DNA of 64,000 nt, taken from the NCBI GenBank assembly GCA_965262775.1, contig CBDHFT010000006.1, forward strand, positions 257,325 to 321,324. Direction: 5' to 3'. The notes below the pieces were generated by a model. The model did no database searches and had not been told where the DNA came from. It was given only the letters and a program-made list of their open reading frames with translations. Positions 8,969 through 18,992 of this stretch are shown here, in pieces. The translations under genes and the position numbers were made by a program. Every line of letters starts with the position of its first letter. The stretch's first letter is position 1. The stretch is from Alphaproteobacteria bacterium (lineage in GTDB: Bacteria; Pseudomonadota; Alphaproteobacteria; JASGCL01).

Positions 8969-10246
8969 TTATTTGGCCAATGCGGCAACCTCCACCATCA
9001 TATCCCAAATAGCCTGGTAATGGTTGGTGGCGTCGCTGTCTTGGGTGAGGCTGAAAAAACCAATCACGATGCCGCTGGTTATATCGGCAAATAAATATTG
9101 CCCGCCGTATCCCGCATGGGCCAGGGCGCGACCGTTGGTTTGGGTGTGGTTGGCGTAACGGTAATCGTCAATCCCCGCCCACGCCACGCCCTTGGCGGTT
9201 AATGTTTGTTGGGTAAAGGTTTTGTTGCCGACCATCTTACCATCCACCCCCACGCCGCCGCGCGATAATAATAACCCGTAGCGTAGTAGGTCGCGCAGGG
9301 TGAGGCACGCCCCGCCGTCCATCACGGGCACGCCGTGGCGGTCGCAACTCATCGCCATTTGGCCTTCTATCCCCGCGGCGTCGACAATATCGGCCAGGTG
9401 TTGGCGCAATGGGCGGTTGCTAACCCGTTCGACAGCCCACGCCAGGATGTCGGTGTTGGCGTCTTTATATTTTGCATATGGGCTGGGTGGGGTTTGGTTG
9501 GTGTTTTGAATACGGCACAGGAAATCGCGTTGCAAGACTTCTTGGTTTGGGTTTTTGGGTAATTGCCAGCCCATGGCTTCGGAATGTTCGTAATAATCTA
9601 ATGTTGCTTGGTTTTCGTTGTAATCATTTTCAACATCCATATTTAACAATTGTTGAATGGTGGCATGGTCATAACCACTGCCCAATTCGGGAATGATGGA
9701 TTTTATTTGTTGGTCAAGGGTGATAAGACCGTCGGCCAACACGCGCCCCACCATCATATGCACCATGGTTTTGGTGATGGATTGCAAAGAATGGGGTTCG
9801 TCACGCGGGTAATCAGGCGCGTAAGATTCGAACAAAATATGGTTGCCGCGCGCCACGCCCATGGCGGTGAAGGACGGGTCGGCGATTAATTTTTTAACCG
9901 ACGGTAATTGGGCAATAACGGCGTGGGGGGAATCAGACGGTGGCTTGGGGGTAAGGCGCAGCACCCGCGCGGCGCGAAAGGTTAAACCATAACGGTGCAG
10001 GCGCGAAAACCGTTGCAACGAACCGCGGCGGTTGGCGGGCAAATGCCAATTGGCATCGGCGGTGGTATGGGTGTTCGCGGGGGATGGGTTGGGCGTGGCG
10101 TTGTCCGCGCCGTTGGCTGTGGTCGCGTTGGGCGAGCCGTTGGCATCGGGCGCGGGAGCCGAGCCGTTGGCATCGGGCGCGGGAGCCGCGCCGACAATTT
10201 CCAGGTCGGGGTTGGGGTATGTTTCGGGCAAATGCTTCATTGTCAT
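8969..10246 (-). CDS. Serine hydrolase of the beta-lactamase/transpeptidase-like superfamily, with a low-complexity N-terminus
   Basis: An S-x-x-K motif (LQSITKTMV) sits in the expected N-terminal part of the catalytic domain. The N-terminus is Pro/Ala/Asn-rich and contains an exact duplicated GSAPAPDAN. Confidence 0.65.
   Translation of the reverse strand: MTMKHLPETYPNPDLEIVGAAPAPDANGSAPAPDANGSPNATTANGADNATPNPSPANTHTTADANWHLPANRRGSLQRFSRLHRYGLTFRAARVLRLTPKPPSDSPHAVIAQLPSVKKLIADPSFTAMGVARGNHILFESYAPDYPRDEPHSLQSITKTMVHMMVGRVLADGLITLDQQIKSIIPELGSGYDHATIQQLLNMDVENDYNENQATLDYYEHSEAMGWQLPKNPNQEVLQRDFLCRIQNTNQTPPSPYAKYKDANTDILAWAVERVSNRPLRQHLADIVDAAGIEGQMAMSCDRHGVPVMDGGACLTLRDLLRYGLLLSRGGVGVDGKMVGNKTFTQQTLTAKGVAWAGIDDYRYANHTQTNGRALAHAGYGGQYLFADITSGIVIGFFSLTQDSDATNHYQAIWDMMVEVAALAK
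10133..10186 (-). repeat. Perfect 2 x 27-bp tandem duplication inside the serine hydrolase gene
   Basis: cgagccgttggcatcgggcgcgggagc occurs at 10133-10159 and again at 10160-10186. The duplication is in frame and encodes the repeated GSAPAPDAN. Confidence 0.95.
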
Positions 10247-10332
10247 AAAGACAATCTAGCATGATTCTTTAAAAAAAGTTTGCAGTCTTTGCCGAATCGC
10301 ATCATATTTTATTATATAAAGGGGAACGGGAC

Positions 10333-11145
10333 ATGCCTCAAAGCCAAAAATTAAGTAAAAAAGAGATTATCCAAATTTTGTTTAATAATTGTAAAGATAA
10401 AGGCGATTTTATTTTTCATAACAATGATATTAAGCAAATTTCTCAGGGAACTTTTAGTAATCAATTTGATGTTACAAAACTTGATTCTTCTCACAAACTG
10501 CCAAAGGTTTTGCAAGATAATAATTATGCTTTGATACATTTGGGCGGGGGATACCATCAATTTGTTTATGGTATTCATAATTTATATCATACCTTGGAGG
10601 CTGTTGAGAAAAAAATAGATTGGCCATACCAAAAAAGTTTATTAAATAATTATAATACCAGCGAAAGCAATTTATTATCTGTTGCCAATAATCAAAAAAT
10701 TTTACACGATTTTGTCTTCGGCAAAAATTGTGATGTTAATCACGTGGATGTAAAAAAAAGGCCTAAAACTTATTTTCCTCACCGAACCAAATATAAAATG
10801 TCTTACATGATTGGTAATCAGCCCGTAGAAACAACAAAATCATTGCAGATGGAAATTGATTTAACCATTGAATATCAAGGAGTAGTAGCAGTTTTCGAAG
10901 CCAAAAACGGTAAACCCACCGATTTCTCCATTTATCAATTATTTAATCCATGTTATTACTATCACCAGGCAAAAAAAGATGACAGAATTAACGGGATGCT
11001 AAAACAAATTTATGGGGTTTATGTAAACCGTGAAAATAAAGATTCTAATATTATTAATTTATGGTGTTATCGTTTTAAAAATCCAGAAGACATGGCTTCA
11101 ATAGAATTTATCAAATCTGCTAGCTATAACTTAATAAATAATTAA
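10333..11145 (+). CDS. Putative type II restriction endonuclease (PD-(D/E)xK-like)
   Basis: The 270-aa product is AT-rich and ends 1 nt before the methyltransferase gene. The segment MEIDLTIEYQGVVAVFEAKNGK gives a D...E-x-K arrangement. Confidence 0.55.
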   Translation: MPQSQKLSKKEIIQILFNNCKDKGDFIFHNNDIKQISQGTFSNQFDVTKLDSSHKLPKVLQDNNYALIHLGGGYHQFVYGIHNLYHTLEAVEKKIDWPYQKSLLNNYNTSESNLLSVANNQKILHDFVFGKNCDVNHVDVKKRPKTYFPHRTKYKMSYMIGNQPVETTKSLQMEIDLTIEYQGVVAVFEAKNGKPTDFSIYQLFNPCYYYHQAKKDDRINGMLKQIYGVYVNRENKDSNIINLWCYRFKNPEDMASIEFIKSASYNLINN

Positions 11146-11146
11146 C

Positions 11147-11989
11147 ATGACAAAATTATCTTTTAATCAGGTGTTTAATGACGACGTCATTCAAGTTCTG
11201 AAGAGCTTGCCCGATGAATCGCTTGACATGGTGTATGGCGACCCCGATTATAATGTTGGTATTAATTACCATGGCAGCGATTATACAAAAAAATGGGATG
11301 ATTATATTGATTGGTATATAGAATTAACGCGCGAATCTCTCCGCGTTTTAAAGCCAACGGGTAATTTATTCATGATGAATTATCCCAAACAAAATGCCCA
11401 CCTGCGCGTAAAATTTTTAGACGAGCATGCTTACGATGTGCAGGATTATGTTTGGGTTTATAATACCAATGTTGGGCATACACCACGCCGTCTTACCACG
11501 GCTCACCGTTCCATTTTGCACGCAACCAAAAGCAAAGACAATCATTTCTATAAAGAAGCCATTGCTGTGCCTTATCAAAATTTAAATGATAAAAGAATTC
11601 AACAACGAATCAAAGATGGTCATATGGGGCGTATGCCTTATTCATGGTTTTATTATGACCTTGTTAAAAATGTTTCAAAAGACAAAACATTTCACGCCTG
11701 CCAAATTCCTTTGCCTTTGGTAGAGATGCTTATAAAATCCTGCACAAAAGAGGAGGATAAAATCTTTATTTTATTTGGTGGCAGTGGTTCGGAATTGGTG
11801 TTGTGTAAAAAATTATTACGCCATTTTATTTCTTGTGAATTAAACGAGGAGTATTATCAAATGATTCTTGACCGATTAGCAAACGATGGAAAAATTAAAG
11901 ATGAATATAAATTGCCACAACGGGGTGCGACAGGGCAACAACAATTAGATATGAACGAATATAAGCAAGAGGCGGGCTGGTTGATATAA
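11147..11989 (+). CDS. Site-specific DNA methyltransferase, beta-class (N6-adenine or N4-cytosine; PF01555-like)
   Basis: The N-terminal catalytic motif IV is DPDYN (DPPY-type), in MVYGDPDYNVG. The C-terminal SAM motif I is FGGSGSE, a circular order typical of beta-class amino-methyltransferases. RVLKPTG is also present. Confidence 0.85.
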   Translation: MTKLSFNQVFNDDVIQVLKSLPDESLDMVYGDPDYNVGINYHGSDYTKKWDDYIDWYIELTRESLRVLKPTGNLFMMNYPKQNAHLRVKFLDEHAYDVQDYVWVYNTNVGHTPRRLTTAHRSILHATKSKDNHFYKEAIAVPYQNLNDKRIQQRIKDGHMGRMPYSWFYYDLVKNVSKDKTFHACQIPLPLVEMLIKSCTKEEDKIFILFGGSGSELVLCKKLLRHFISCELNEEYYQMILDRLANDGKIKDEYKLPQRGATGQQQLDMNEYKQEAGWLI

Positions 11990-12022
11990 AAAAATATTTT
12001 AAAATAATTTTTTATATTAAAT

Positions 12023-12295
12023 CTAAAATATCTTTGCATCTATTGCTAATCTTGCGCATAGTTGTCTTATTGTATTATATTCTGTATCATAGTTATCATC
12101 AAGATAATCTATAATTTGATGATGAACATTAAGTAGCTTTCCATTTACTACTAACGGCATTTCCATATCTTTACGACAATAATAAAATTTCCCATTACTA
12201 TTTGTAAAAACTTCAAGTCGCCAGCCCTGCTTAATCGCCTCGTTTTTGAAGAGACCAAAAGCAATCCTTTTGCCAGTAAAATGATACGGGGGCAT
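12023..12295 (-). CDS. Hypothetical protein (90 aa), second gene of a two-gene cassette
   Basis: The ORF lies 45 nt downstream of the 12341..12652 ORF in a very AT-rich context. I recognise no family. There is only a faint HicA-like pattern (QGWRLE..SNGKFYY), and it lacks the catalytic His. Confidence 0.4.
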   Translation of the reverse strand: MPPYHFTGKRIAFGLFKNEAIKQGWRLEVFTNSNGKFYYCRKDMEMPLVVNGKLLNVHHQIIDYLDDNYDTEYNTIRQLCARLAIDAKIF

Positions 12296-12340
12296 AAAAA
12301 ATATTATATTATAAGAAAAATATAATTTTATCTCTTTTAA

Positions 12341-12652
12341 TTAAACAGCTATCTTCTCTATTGGAGAAGCATTGGTTATATCATTAAGTAATGTTGTTTC
12401 ATATACCTCATAATTATTATTAAAATTCTCTTTAATTTCTTTTATAACATTTGATGGAGTTTTTGGAATATTAGATAAAGCTTCTATGCCAAAAGCATTA
12501 TTAAGACTAGCTTGTGCCTCTATTACTTTTTTGAATCGGTTTAAAGCATCGTTTTTTGTATTTGATTCCACGCAAATATCTCTTTCGACCCCTTGTGCCA
12601 ACCATTTTTCATTAGTAGAAAACACAAATATTTTTAATTTCGAATCAGTCAT
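12341..12652 (-). CDS. Hypothetical protein (103 aa from the ATG at 12652; the track ORF extends to 12730)
   Basis: The ATG at 12652 is preceded by AAGGA about 8 nt upstream. The N-terminal segment LKIFVFSTNEKWLAQGVERDICVESNTKNDALNRFKKVIEAQ has a beta-beta-beta-alpha pattern that faintly recalls HicB-type N-terminal domains. No DNA-binding motif is seen. Confidence 0.4.
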   Translation of the reverse strand: MTDSKLKIFVFSTNEKWLAQGVERDICVESNTKNDALNRFKKVIEAQASLNNAFGIEALSNIPKTPSNVIKEIKENFNNNYEVYETTLLNDITNASPIEKIAV

Positions 12653-12745
12653 AGTTTTTTTCCTTACAGATATTGTTAAAAATAGGGTTTTTATTAATTT
12701 TACCTTATCATTAGTATTTTGTACAGTCAAGTAAAATATCCCCCC

Positions 12746-12774
12746 TTGACTATCGCCCCGCCCTATGTTATAAA
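12746..12774 (+). promoter_or_regulatory. Sigma70-type promoter upstream of rimP-nusA-infB-rbfA
   Basis: TTGACT lies at 12746-12751 and TATAAA at 12769-12774, separated by 17 nt. This leaves a leader of about 175 nt before the rimP ATG. Confidence 0.5.
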
Positions 12775-12951
12775 AAAATATACAAAGTATGGTGAAATAA
12801 GTGGGTGGCGGGGTTTAACTCCGTTGCCTATTTTTTTATCTTGCTTTTGCCCGATAAAAAATAATAACCGAAAATACAAAATCATTCGCCAAAAATCACC
12901 CGATGCAAAATCACCCGTAAAAATAAAAAACAACTCGCCAAAATAAAAATT

Positions 12952-13608
12952 ATGTTGGAACAAAAAATCCTTGAAATCATTACCCCGCCCGTCATCAACA
13001 TGGGCTATCGCTTGGTGCGGGTGAAATGGCTGGGGGCAAAACATAACCCCATTTTGCAAATCATGGCCGAAAGAATGGACGATAAACCCATGGCGGTGGA
13101 AGATTGCGAAGCCATCAGCCGCCATCTCTCGCTGTTGCTTGATACCAACGAATCCCTCACCAATCGTTATCGGTTGGAAATTTCATCGCCAGGCATCGAC
13201 CGCCCGCTTATGACCCCCGATGATTTTATAAAAAATAAAGGCTTGCTATGCTCATTATACTTGAAAGAATCGTCAGAAAAGGGTAAAAGGTTGAAGGCCG
13301 TCATTGATGATGTAACAAAAGAAAATGACGGTTGGCAAATCATGTTCTTGCTACCCCATGATGAACCGCCCAACCATAACAAAGCAAAAAGCAAAAAGAA
13401 AAAAGAAAAATTCCAGCAAAAAAATCATTCATCACCTTCACCATCGCTAGAAAAATTACCTGCCGACAATTTGGCAAATGAAAATACGAATGGTGAAAAA
13501 TTGCAAATTGCTTTTGATAATATCGATAGCGCAAAATTGGTCATAACGGATGAATTATTACGGCGGGCATTAAAAAACACCGAAAAACAAAACCCAAACA
13601 ACGAATAA
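12952..13608 (+). CDS. rimP: Ribosome maturation factor RimP with a Lys-rich C-terminal extension
   Basis: YRLEISSPGIDRPL is present, and the gene lies directly upstream of nusA. Confidence 0.9.
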   Translation: MLEQKILEIITPPVINMGYRLVRVKWLGAKHNPILQIMAERMDDKPMAVEDCEAISRHLSLLLDTNESLTNRYRLEISSPGIDRPLMTPDDFIKNKGLLCSLYLKESSEKGKRLKAVIDDVTKENDGWQIMFLLPHDEPPNHNKAKSKKKKEKFQQKNHSSPSPSLEKLPADNLANENTNGEKLQIAFDNIDSAKLVITDELLRRALKNTEKQNPNNE

Positions 13609-13648
13609 AAAATATTAAAAATAAAAATTTATTGAAAGGACTAAAAAA

Positions 13649-15163
13649 ATGATAAACGAAAATATATTGATGATTATTGACAGCGTGGCCCGTGAAAAAA
13701 CATTGGATAGGGAAGATGTTTTTCAAGCCGTCGAAATGGCGCTGTCGCGTGCCGCCGAAGAAAACTATGGGCGCGAGCAAGACATTCGCGCCACCATGGA
13801 CCGCACCACGGGGAAGGTCAGCCTCCACCGTTATAAAGAAGTGGTAAGCGAAATCGAATTCGCCGAAAAACAAATCACCGAAGCCGAAGGCGCGAAAAAA
13901 GGTTTGGCGTTGGGCGAATTTTTAAAAGAAGAATTGCCGATGGTGGATTCGGGACGGATTGCGGCCTATGCCTCGAAACAAGTTATCGTGCAAAAAATTC
14001 GTGAAGCCGAAAGATTGCGCCAATACGAAGAGTACAAAGACAAAGTCGGCGAAATCGTGCTGGGCACCATCAAGCGCGAAGATTATGGCAATTTGATATT
14101 AGACATCAACCGTGCCGAAGCCATTTTGCGAAAAGACGAAGTTATCCGCAAACAACGTCATAAAATTGGCGAACGGGTTCGTGCCTATATTTACGATGTT
14201 AAACGCGAAGCCAAGGGGCCACAGATATTTTTATCGCGCACCCACCCCGACTTCATGAAGGCATTGTTCAAACAAGAAGTGCCCGAAATTTATGACGGCG
14301 TTATCGAAGTTTTGGCGGTCGCCCGCGACCCAGGCTCCCGCGCGAAAATCATCGTCCGTTCAAAAGACCCCAGCATTGACCCCGTGGGGACATGTATCGG
14401 GATGAAGGGTTCGCGCGTGCAACAGGTTACGAAAGAACTGTTCGGCGAGAAAATTGATATTATCCATCATACCGAAGACCAACGCGCCCTGTTGATAGAG
14501 GCCATGGCCCCCGCCAGCGTGCAACGCGTGGTTATTGACGATGTTGAAAAAAATGCAAAAATTATCGTTGATAACAGCGATGGCAAACAACTTGGCATGG
14601 CGATTGGTTCGGGCGGGCAAAATGTTCGCTTGGCTTCTATCCTCACGGGGTTTGACATTGATATCATGACGACCGATGATTTCAACAAACAACAGGAAGA
14701 ACAAACCATGGCGACGGTAAACCTTTTCAAAGAAGCTCTTGATGTTGATGATATTTTGGCGCGCTTGCTCTATACCGAAGGTTATAAGGCGGTGGAAGAA
14801 GTAGCCTTGGTCGATGCCGAAGAATTGATGAAGACCGAAGGTATCGATGAAGACATTGCCAAGGAATTGCAAAATCGTGGCAAGGTTTACCTCGCCAAAC
14901 ATGAAAAAGAAATGGAACAAAAACTTGATGATTTGGGCGTTGATAAAGACATCCGAAAAATTCCAGGCCTGTCCTATGACATGATATTCAAATTGGTGGA
15001 TAAAGACATCAAAACCATCAAGGATTTTGCCTATTTGGATGCCGATGAATTATGCGGTTACAAAGACGGCATGTTGAAAGACTTCTCGGTTAAGCGTGAC
15101 GCCGCCAATCAATTTATTATGACCGCCCGTGAAATGGCGGGGCTGATTGAAAAGGCTTCATAA
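13649..15163 (+). CDS. nusA: Transcription termination/antitermination factor NusA
   Basis: The 504-aa product has an S1 domain and two KH regions (CIGMKGSRVQ, AIGSGGQNVRLAS). It sits in the conserved rimP-nusA-infB order. Confidence 0.97.
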   Translation: MINENILMIIDSVAREKTLDREDVFQAVEMALSRAAEENYGREQDIRATMDRTTGKVSLHRYKEVVSEIEFAEKQITEAEGAKKGLALGEFLKEELPMVDSGRIAAYASKQVIVQKIREAERLRQYEEYKDKVGEIVLGTIKREDYGNLILDINRAEAILRKDEVIRKQRHKIGERVRAYIYDVKREAKGPQIFLSRTHPDFMKALFKQEVPEIYDGVIEVLAVARDPGSRAKIIVRSKDPSIDPVGTCIGMKGSRVQQVTKELFGEKIDIIHHTEDQRALLIEAMAPASVQRVVIDDVEKNAKIIVDNSDGKQLGMAIGSGGQNVRLASILTGFDIDIMTTDDFNKQQEEQTMATVNLFKEALDVDDILARLLYTEGYKAVEEVALVDAEELMKTEGIDEDIAKELQNRGKVYLAKHEKEMEQKLDDLGVDKDIRKIPGLSYDMIFKLVDKDIKTIKDFAYLDADELCGYKDGMLKDFSVKRDAANQFIMTAREMAGLIEKAS

Positions 15164-15263
15164 ATTACAGATATTTTTTGGACTTCACCATCATGACAAC
15201 ATAATTTTTAACAGATAACTACCAACCTCGAAGGAGTTTTTCTTTAAGTATAAGGATAAAAAA

Positions 15264-17726
15264 ATGAGCGAAGATAGCATAGAAAAGAAAACATTAAGTC
15301 TGAAGACTCCAGTGAAGACGGGGCGGGGTGGCGATGTTAAAAAGAAAATTTTTCAACGCGATGACTCGGGTCATTTGCGCGTGGTATCGCCCGACGCGTT
15401 GCGCCAACATCAACAAGGCACCAGCGAAAAACTAACCGACCAAGAACGCGAAACGCGGGTTAAAATTTTGGCGCGCGCCGCGCAAACCAGCGGCCTGGGC
15501 CAGGGCGACCGCGAGCATATCCAATCACTTGAGGCAAAAGAAAAAAGCCGTAAATTACAAGAAAACCAAAAAGAGATAGAATTAAAGAAAAGCCAAGACG
15601 AACGCCGTCGCGTTGCCGAAGATGAAAGAAAAAGGAAAGAGGCCGAAGCGCGGCGTAAATTTGAACAAACCGCAAAGCAGGCTGGAATCGCCGATGAAGT
15701 AACCGAAGTTAGCAAATTGACCGCGGGTTCGATGCAAAAACCCAGTGGCAGCAGCGGCATGCCACCCCGCCGTGGTCGCGGTGGCGCGGGCGGGCGCGAT
15801 ACGCAACGTTTACAAAAAAGACGCGGTGGCAACAGTTTCAATAAAACAAAATTAATTTTGGGTGACGCCGATAGCGAACGGCAACGGTCCGAAGCCGCGG
15901 TGCGCCGTGCACGGCAAAAAGATAGGATGAAGGCCCTAAGCCAAGATAACCAACAAGAAAAAGTTTATCGCGAAGTTATTTTGCCTGAAACCATCATGGT
16001 GGGCGACCTTGCCAATCGTATGGCCGAGCGTTTGCAGGATGTTATTAAAAAATTGATGCAGATGGGGATCATGGCGACCCAGCAAATGGTTATCGACGCT
16101 GACACCGCCGAATTGATTATTCATGAATTGGGGCACAGCGTTAAACGCGTTGCCGAATCCGATGTCGAAAATATTTTAAAAGATGAATTGCAAGATGATG
16201 CGGCGTTGTTGAAACCGCGCCCACCCGTGGTAACGGTTATGGGCCATGTTGACCACGGTAAAACATCGTTGCTTGATGCACTGCGTGCGACCGATGTTGC
16301 GGCGGGCGAAGCGGGCGGTATCACCCAACATATCGGCGCTGCCCTTATCCATTTAAAAAATGGTAAGTCTATAACATTTTTGGATACCCCTGGGCATGAA
16401 GCCTTCACGGCACTACGCGCGCGCGGTGCGGTGGTGACCGACATTGTGGTGTTGGTGGTGGCGGCCGATGATGGCATGCAGGCGCAAACCATCGAAGCCA
16501 TCCATCATGCCAAGGCGGCGCAGGTGCCGATAGTGGTGGCGATTAATAAATGTGATAAACCAGGTGCCGACCCAAACAAAGTCAGGCAAGAATTGTTGCG
16601 CGAGCAAATAGTTGTCGAGCAATTGGGCGGGGAAGTGCAATCGGTTGAGGTTTCGGCAAAATCAAAATTGAATTTGGATAAATTGGAAGAAGCCATTTTG
16701 TTGCAGGCCGAAATCCTCGACCTGAAGGCCAATGCCGATACATTGGCGCGTGGCGTGGTGATTGAATCAAAAATCGAACAAGGGCGCGGCCCCGTTGCCA
16801 CCGTTATTGTTAAAAAAGGAACGTTGCGCGTCGGCGATATTTTCGTCATGGGGTCTAGCATTGGGAAGGTGCGGGCGTTGCTTGACGATCATGGTAAACA
16901 AATTAAACAGGCAACCCCTGGCACACCCGTCGAGGTATTGGGTTTGCAAGCATTGTCCGAAGCAGGCCATGATTTGGTGGTGTTAGAAAACGAAACCAAG
17001 GCGCGCGAAATTGCCGATTACCGTTTGCGAAAGAAAAAAGAAGCCGACATGGCAAAAATGCAACGCGGCACCATGGAACAAATGTTTGCCAATATAAAAT
17101 CTGGCGCGCAAAAAAGTTTGCCACTGATTGTCAAAACCGACGTGCAGGGCTCGTTGGAGGCTTTGCTGGCGGCCTTCAACAAAATGACCACCACCGAAGT
17201 GAAAGCTCAAATTTTGCATTCGGCTGTCGGGCCGATTACCGAATCCGATGTTGCCTTGGCGGCGTCGGCGGGCGGTATCATCATTGGTTTTAATGTGCGA
17301 CCCGTCACGGGGGCCAGGCAAAATGCCAAACGCGATAATGTTGATATACGTTATTATTCGATTATCTATCAGGCGATTGACGATATAAAAAATCTGTTGA
17401 GTGGTTTGTTGGCGCCCGAAGAAAGAGAACAATATTTGGGCGTGTTGCAAATTCGCGATGTTTTCAAAATTACGGGCGCGGGCATGATAGCTGGTTGCAT
17501 GGTTGAAGAAGGAAAAATAAAACGCGGTGCATCGGTGCGGTTGTTGCGCGACAATGTTGTGATTTATGAAGGAACCCTGCGCCAATTAAAACGTTTCAAA
17601 GAAGATGTGCGCGAAGTCGGCGTGGGTTACGAATGCGGCGTGCAATTGGATAGGTTTGAAGATATCAAGATAGGCGATAAAGTCGAATGTTTTGAAATAA
17701 AAATTATCGCCCGCAGTTTGGCATAA
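15264..17726 (+). CDS. infB: Translation initiation factor IF-2
   Basis: G-domain motifs [20 protein letters not shown] and NKCD are present. The N-terminal region is charged and Lys/Arg/Glu-rich. Confidence 0.98.
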   Translation: MSEDSIEKKTLSLKTPVKTGRGGDVKKKIFQRDDSGHLRVVSPDALRQHQQGTSEKLTDQERETRVKILARAAQTSGLGQGDREHIQSLEAKEKSRKLQENQKEIELKKSQDERRRVAEDERKRKEAEARRKFEQTAKQAGIADEVTEVSKLTAGSMQKPSGSSGMPPRRGRGGAGGRDTQRLQKRRGGNSFNKTKLILGDADSERQRSEAAVRRARQKDRMKALSQDNQQEKVYREVILPETIMVGDLANRMAERLQDVIKKLMQMGIMATQQMVIDADTAELIIHELGHSVKRVAESDVENILKDELQDDAALLKPRPPVVTVMGHVDHGKTSLLDALRATDVAAGEAGGITQHIGAALIHLKNGKSITFLDTPGHEAFTALRARGAVVTDIVVLVVAADDGMQAQTIEAIHHAKAAQVPIVVAINKCDKPGADPNKVRQELLREQIVVEQLGGEVQSVEVSAKSKLNLDKLEEAILLQAEILDLKANADTLARGVVIESKIEQGRGPVATVIVKKGTLRVGDIFVMGSSIGKVRALLDDHGKQIKQATPGTPVEVLGLQALSEAGHDLVVLENETKAREIADYRLRKKKEADMAKMQRGTMEQMFANIKSGAQKSLPLIVKTDVQGSLEALLAAFNKMTTTEVKAQILHSAVGPITESDVALAASAGGIIIGFNVRPVTGARQNAKRDNVDIRYYSIIYQAIDDIKNLLSGLLAPEEREQYLGVLQIRDVFKITGAGMIAGCMVEEGKIKRGASVRLLRDNVVIYEGTLRQLKRFKEDVREVGVGYECGVQLDRFEDIKIGDKVECFEIKIIARSLA

Positions 17727-17730
17727 AGCA

Positions 17731-18111
17731 ATGGCAGAAGATAGGAAATCCTCGGTCCAAAAATTAAGTAGACGCCAATTGCAAATGGGCGAGATTATAA
17801 GACATGCCTTGGCCGAGGTTCTTTTGACCGAACAATTTCATGATGCCGCCCTGCAAAATTTGGTTTTGACCATTTCATCGGTGATGATGTCGCCCGATTT
17901 AAAAAATGCCAAGGTTTTTTTTGTTGCCGCGGGCCGCGAACAAGAAAGGGAAGTGGTGACAGCATTAAATAAGCTGGTGCCATTTTTAAAAAAAATGTTG
18001 GCAAAAAAATTGCGTATTCGTTTTATGCCGCAATTACGTTTTATCGCCGATAATTCTTTTCAAATTGCCGAGCATATCGAAAGCTTGCTTCATAATATAA
18101 AGCGTCATTAA
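17731..18111 (+). CDS. rbfA: Ribosome-binding factor A
   Basis: The 126-aa ORF starts 4 nt after infB, and its sequence pattern is RbfA-like. Confidence 0.9.
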   Translation: MAEDRKSSVQKLSRRQLQMGEIIRHALAEVLLTEQFHDAALQNLVLTISSVMMSPDLKNAKVFFVAAGREQEREVVTALNKLVPFLKKMLAKKLRIRFMPQLRFIADNSFQIAEHIESLLHNIKRH

Positions 18112-18128
18112 TATATAAAAATAAATAA

Positions 18129-18977
18129 TTAATTTTTATTCATTAAAAAATTAAGGACCCTGCCAATCGCGGGGGCAACATCTTTCCTTGTTAAGACCAT
18201 GTCTATCACGCCGTGTTTTTCTAAAAACTCGGCGGTTTGAAAATCCTTGGGCAAGGTGGCGCGGGTGGTTTGTTCGATAACCCGCCGCCCCGCAAAACCT
18301 ATCAACGCGCCCGATTCGGCAATATGAATATCGCCCAGCATGGCGAAGGAAGCCGTGACACCGCCCGTTGTGGGGTCAGCCAAAACAACAATATAGGGTA
18401 ATTTTGCTTCGCGAATTTTTTGCACGCCGATGATGGTGCGTGGCAATTGCATCAGGGAAAATACCCCTTCCTGCATCCGCGCGCCGCCCGAAGAAGTTAC
18501 GGTGATGAAGGCGGCGTTGTTGCTGATGGCGGCGAGGCTGGCTTCATAAAAAGCCTCCCCCACTGCCTGACCCATGGTGCCCGCCATGAAATAAAAATCG
18601 AAACAAGCAACGACGGCTTTTTTACCGCCGATTTTACCACTGGCCGAAACCAAGGCGTCGGGGCTTTCGCCGCGGCGTGCATCGGCCAAACGGTCGGTGT
18701 ATTTTTTTAAATCAACGAAGTGCAACGGGTCCTCAATCACGCGCGGGTGGGGCAGGATTTTATATTCGCCATTGTCAAACAATTGTGCAAAACGTTCCTT
18801 GGGGCCAATGCGCATATGCGCGCCCGATGGAAAAACAAATAAGTTTTTTTTCAATTCGTCATGATGAACCATCTGCCCCGATGTGGGATCTTTATGCCAC
18901 AAATTATCGGGCACATTGGCGCCAGTTTTCTTATCGCCCGATGACAGGGTTTTGCGTTTTTTATTTAACCAACTCAT
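18129..18977 (-). CDS. accD: Acetyl-CoA carboxylase carboxyltransferase beta subunit
   Basis: The MSWLNKKRK N-terminus, the GGARMQEG motif and the carboxyltransferase core are present. Confidence 0.93.
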   Translation of the reverse strand: MSWLNKKRKTLSSGDKKTGANVPDNLWHKDPTSGQMVHHDELKKNLFVFPSGAHMRIGPKERFAQLFDNGEYKILPHPRVIEDPLHFVDLKKYTDRLADARRGESPDALVSASGKIGGKKAVVACFDFYFMAGTMGQAVGEAFYEASLAAISNNAAFITVTSSGGARMQEGVFSLMQLPRTIIGVQKIREAKLPYIVVLADPTTGGVTASFAMLGDIHIAESGALIGFAGRRVIEQTTRATLPKDFQTAEFLEKHGVIDMVLTRKDVAPAIGRVLNFLMNKN

Positions 18978-18992
18978 TTTTTTATCCCGCGT

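Noticed and set aside
9933-10264. Overlapping ORFs on both strands at the 5' end of the serine hydrolase gene (9933..10262, 9982..10197, 9995..10264, 10032..10259).
   Set aside because: They are artefacts of the GC-rich, repeat-containing low-complexity region. The hydrolase frame is continuous into a recognisable catalytic domain.
18840-18977. AccD lacks the four Cys residues of the N-terminal zinc finger (WHKDPTSGQ...FPSGAH instead of the CxxC...CxxC pattern).
   Set aside because: As far as I recall, partial or complete loss of these cysteines is common in alphaproteobacterial AccD. I therefore do not treat it as unusual without an alignment.
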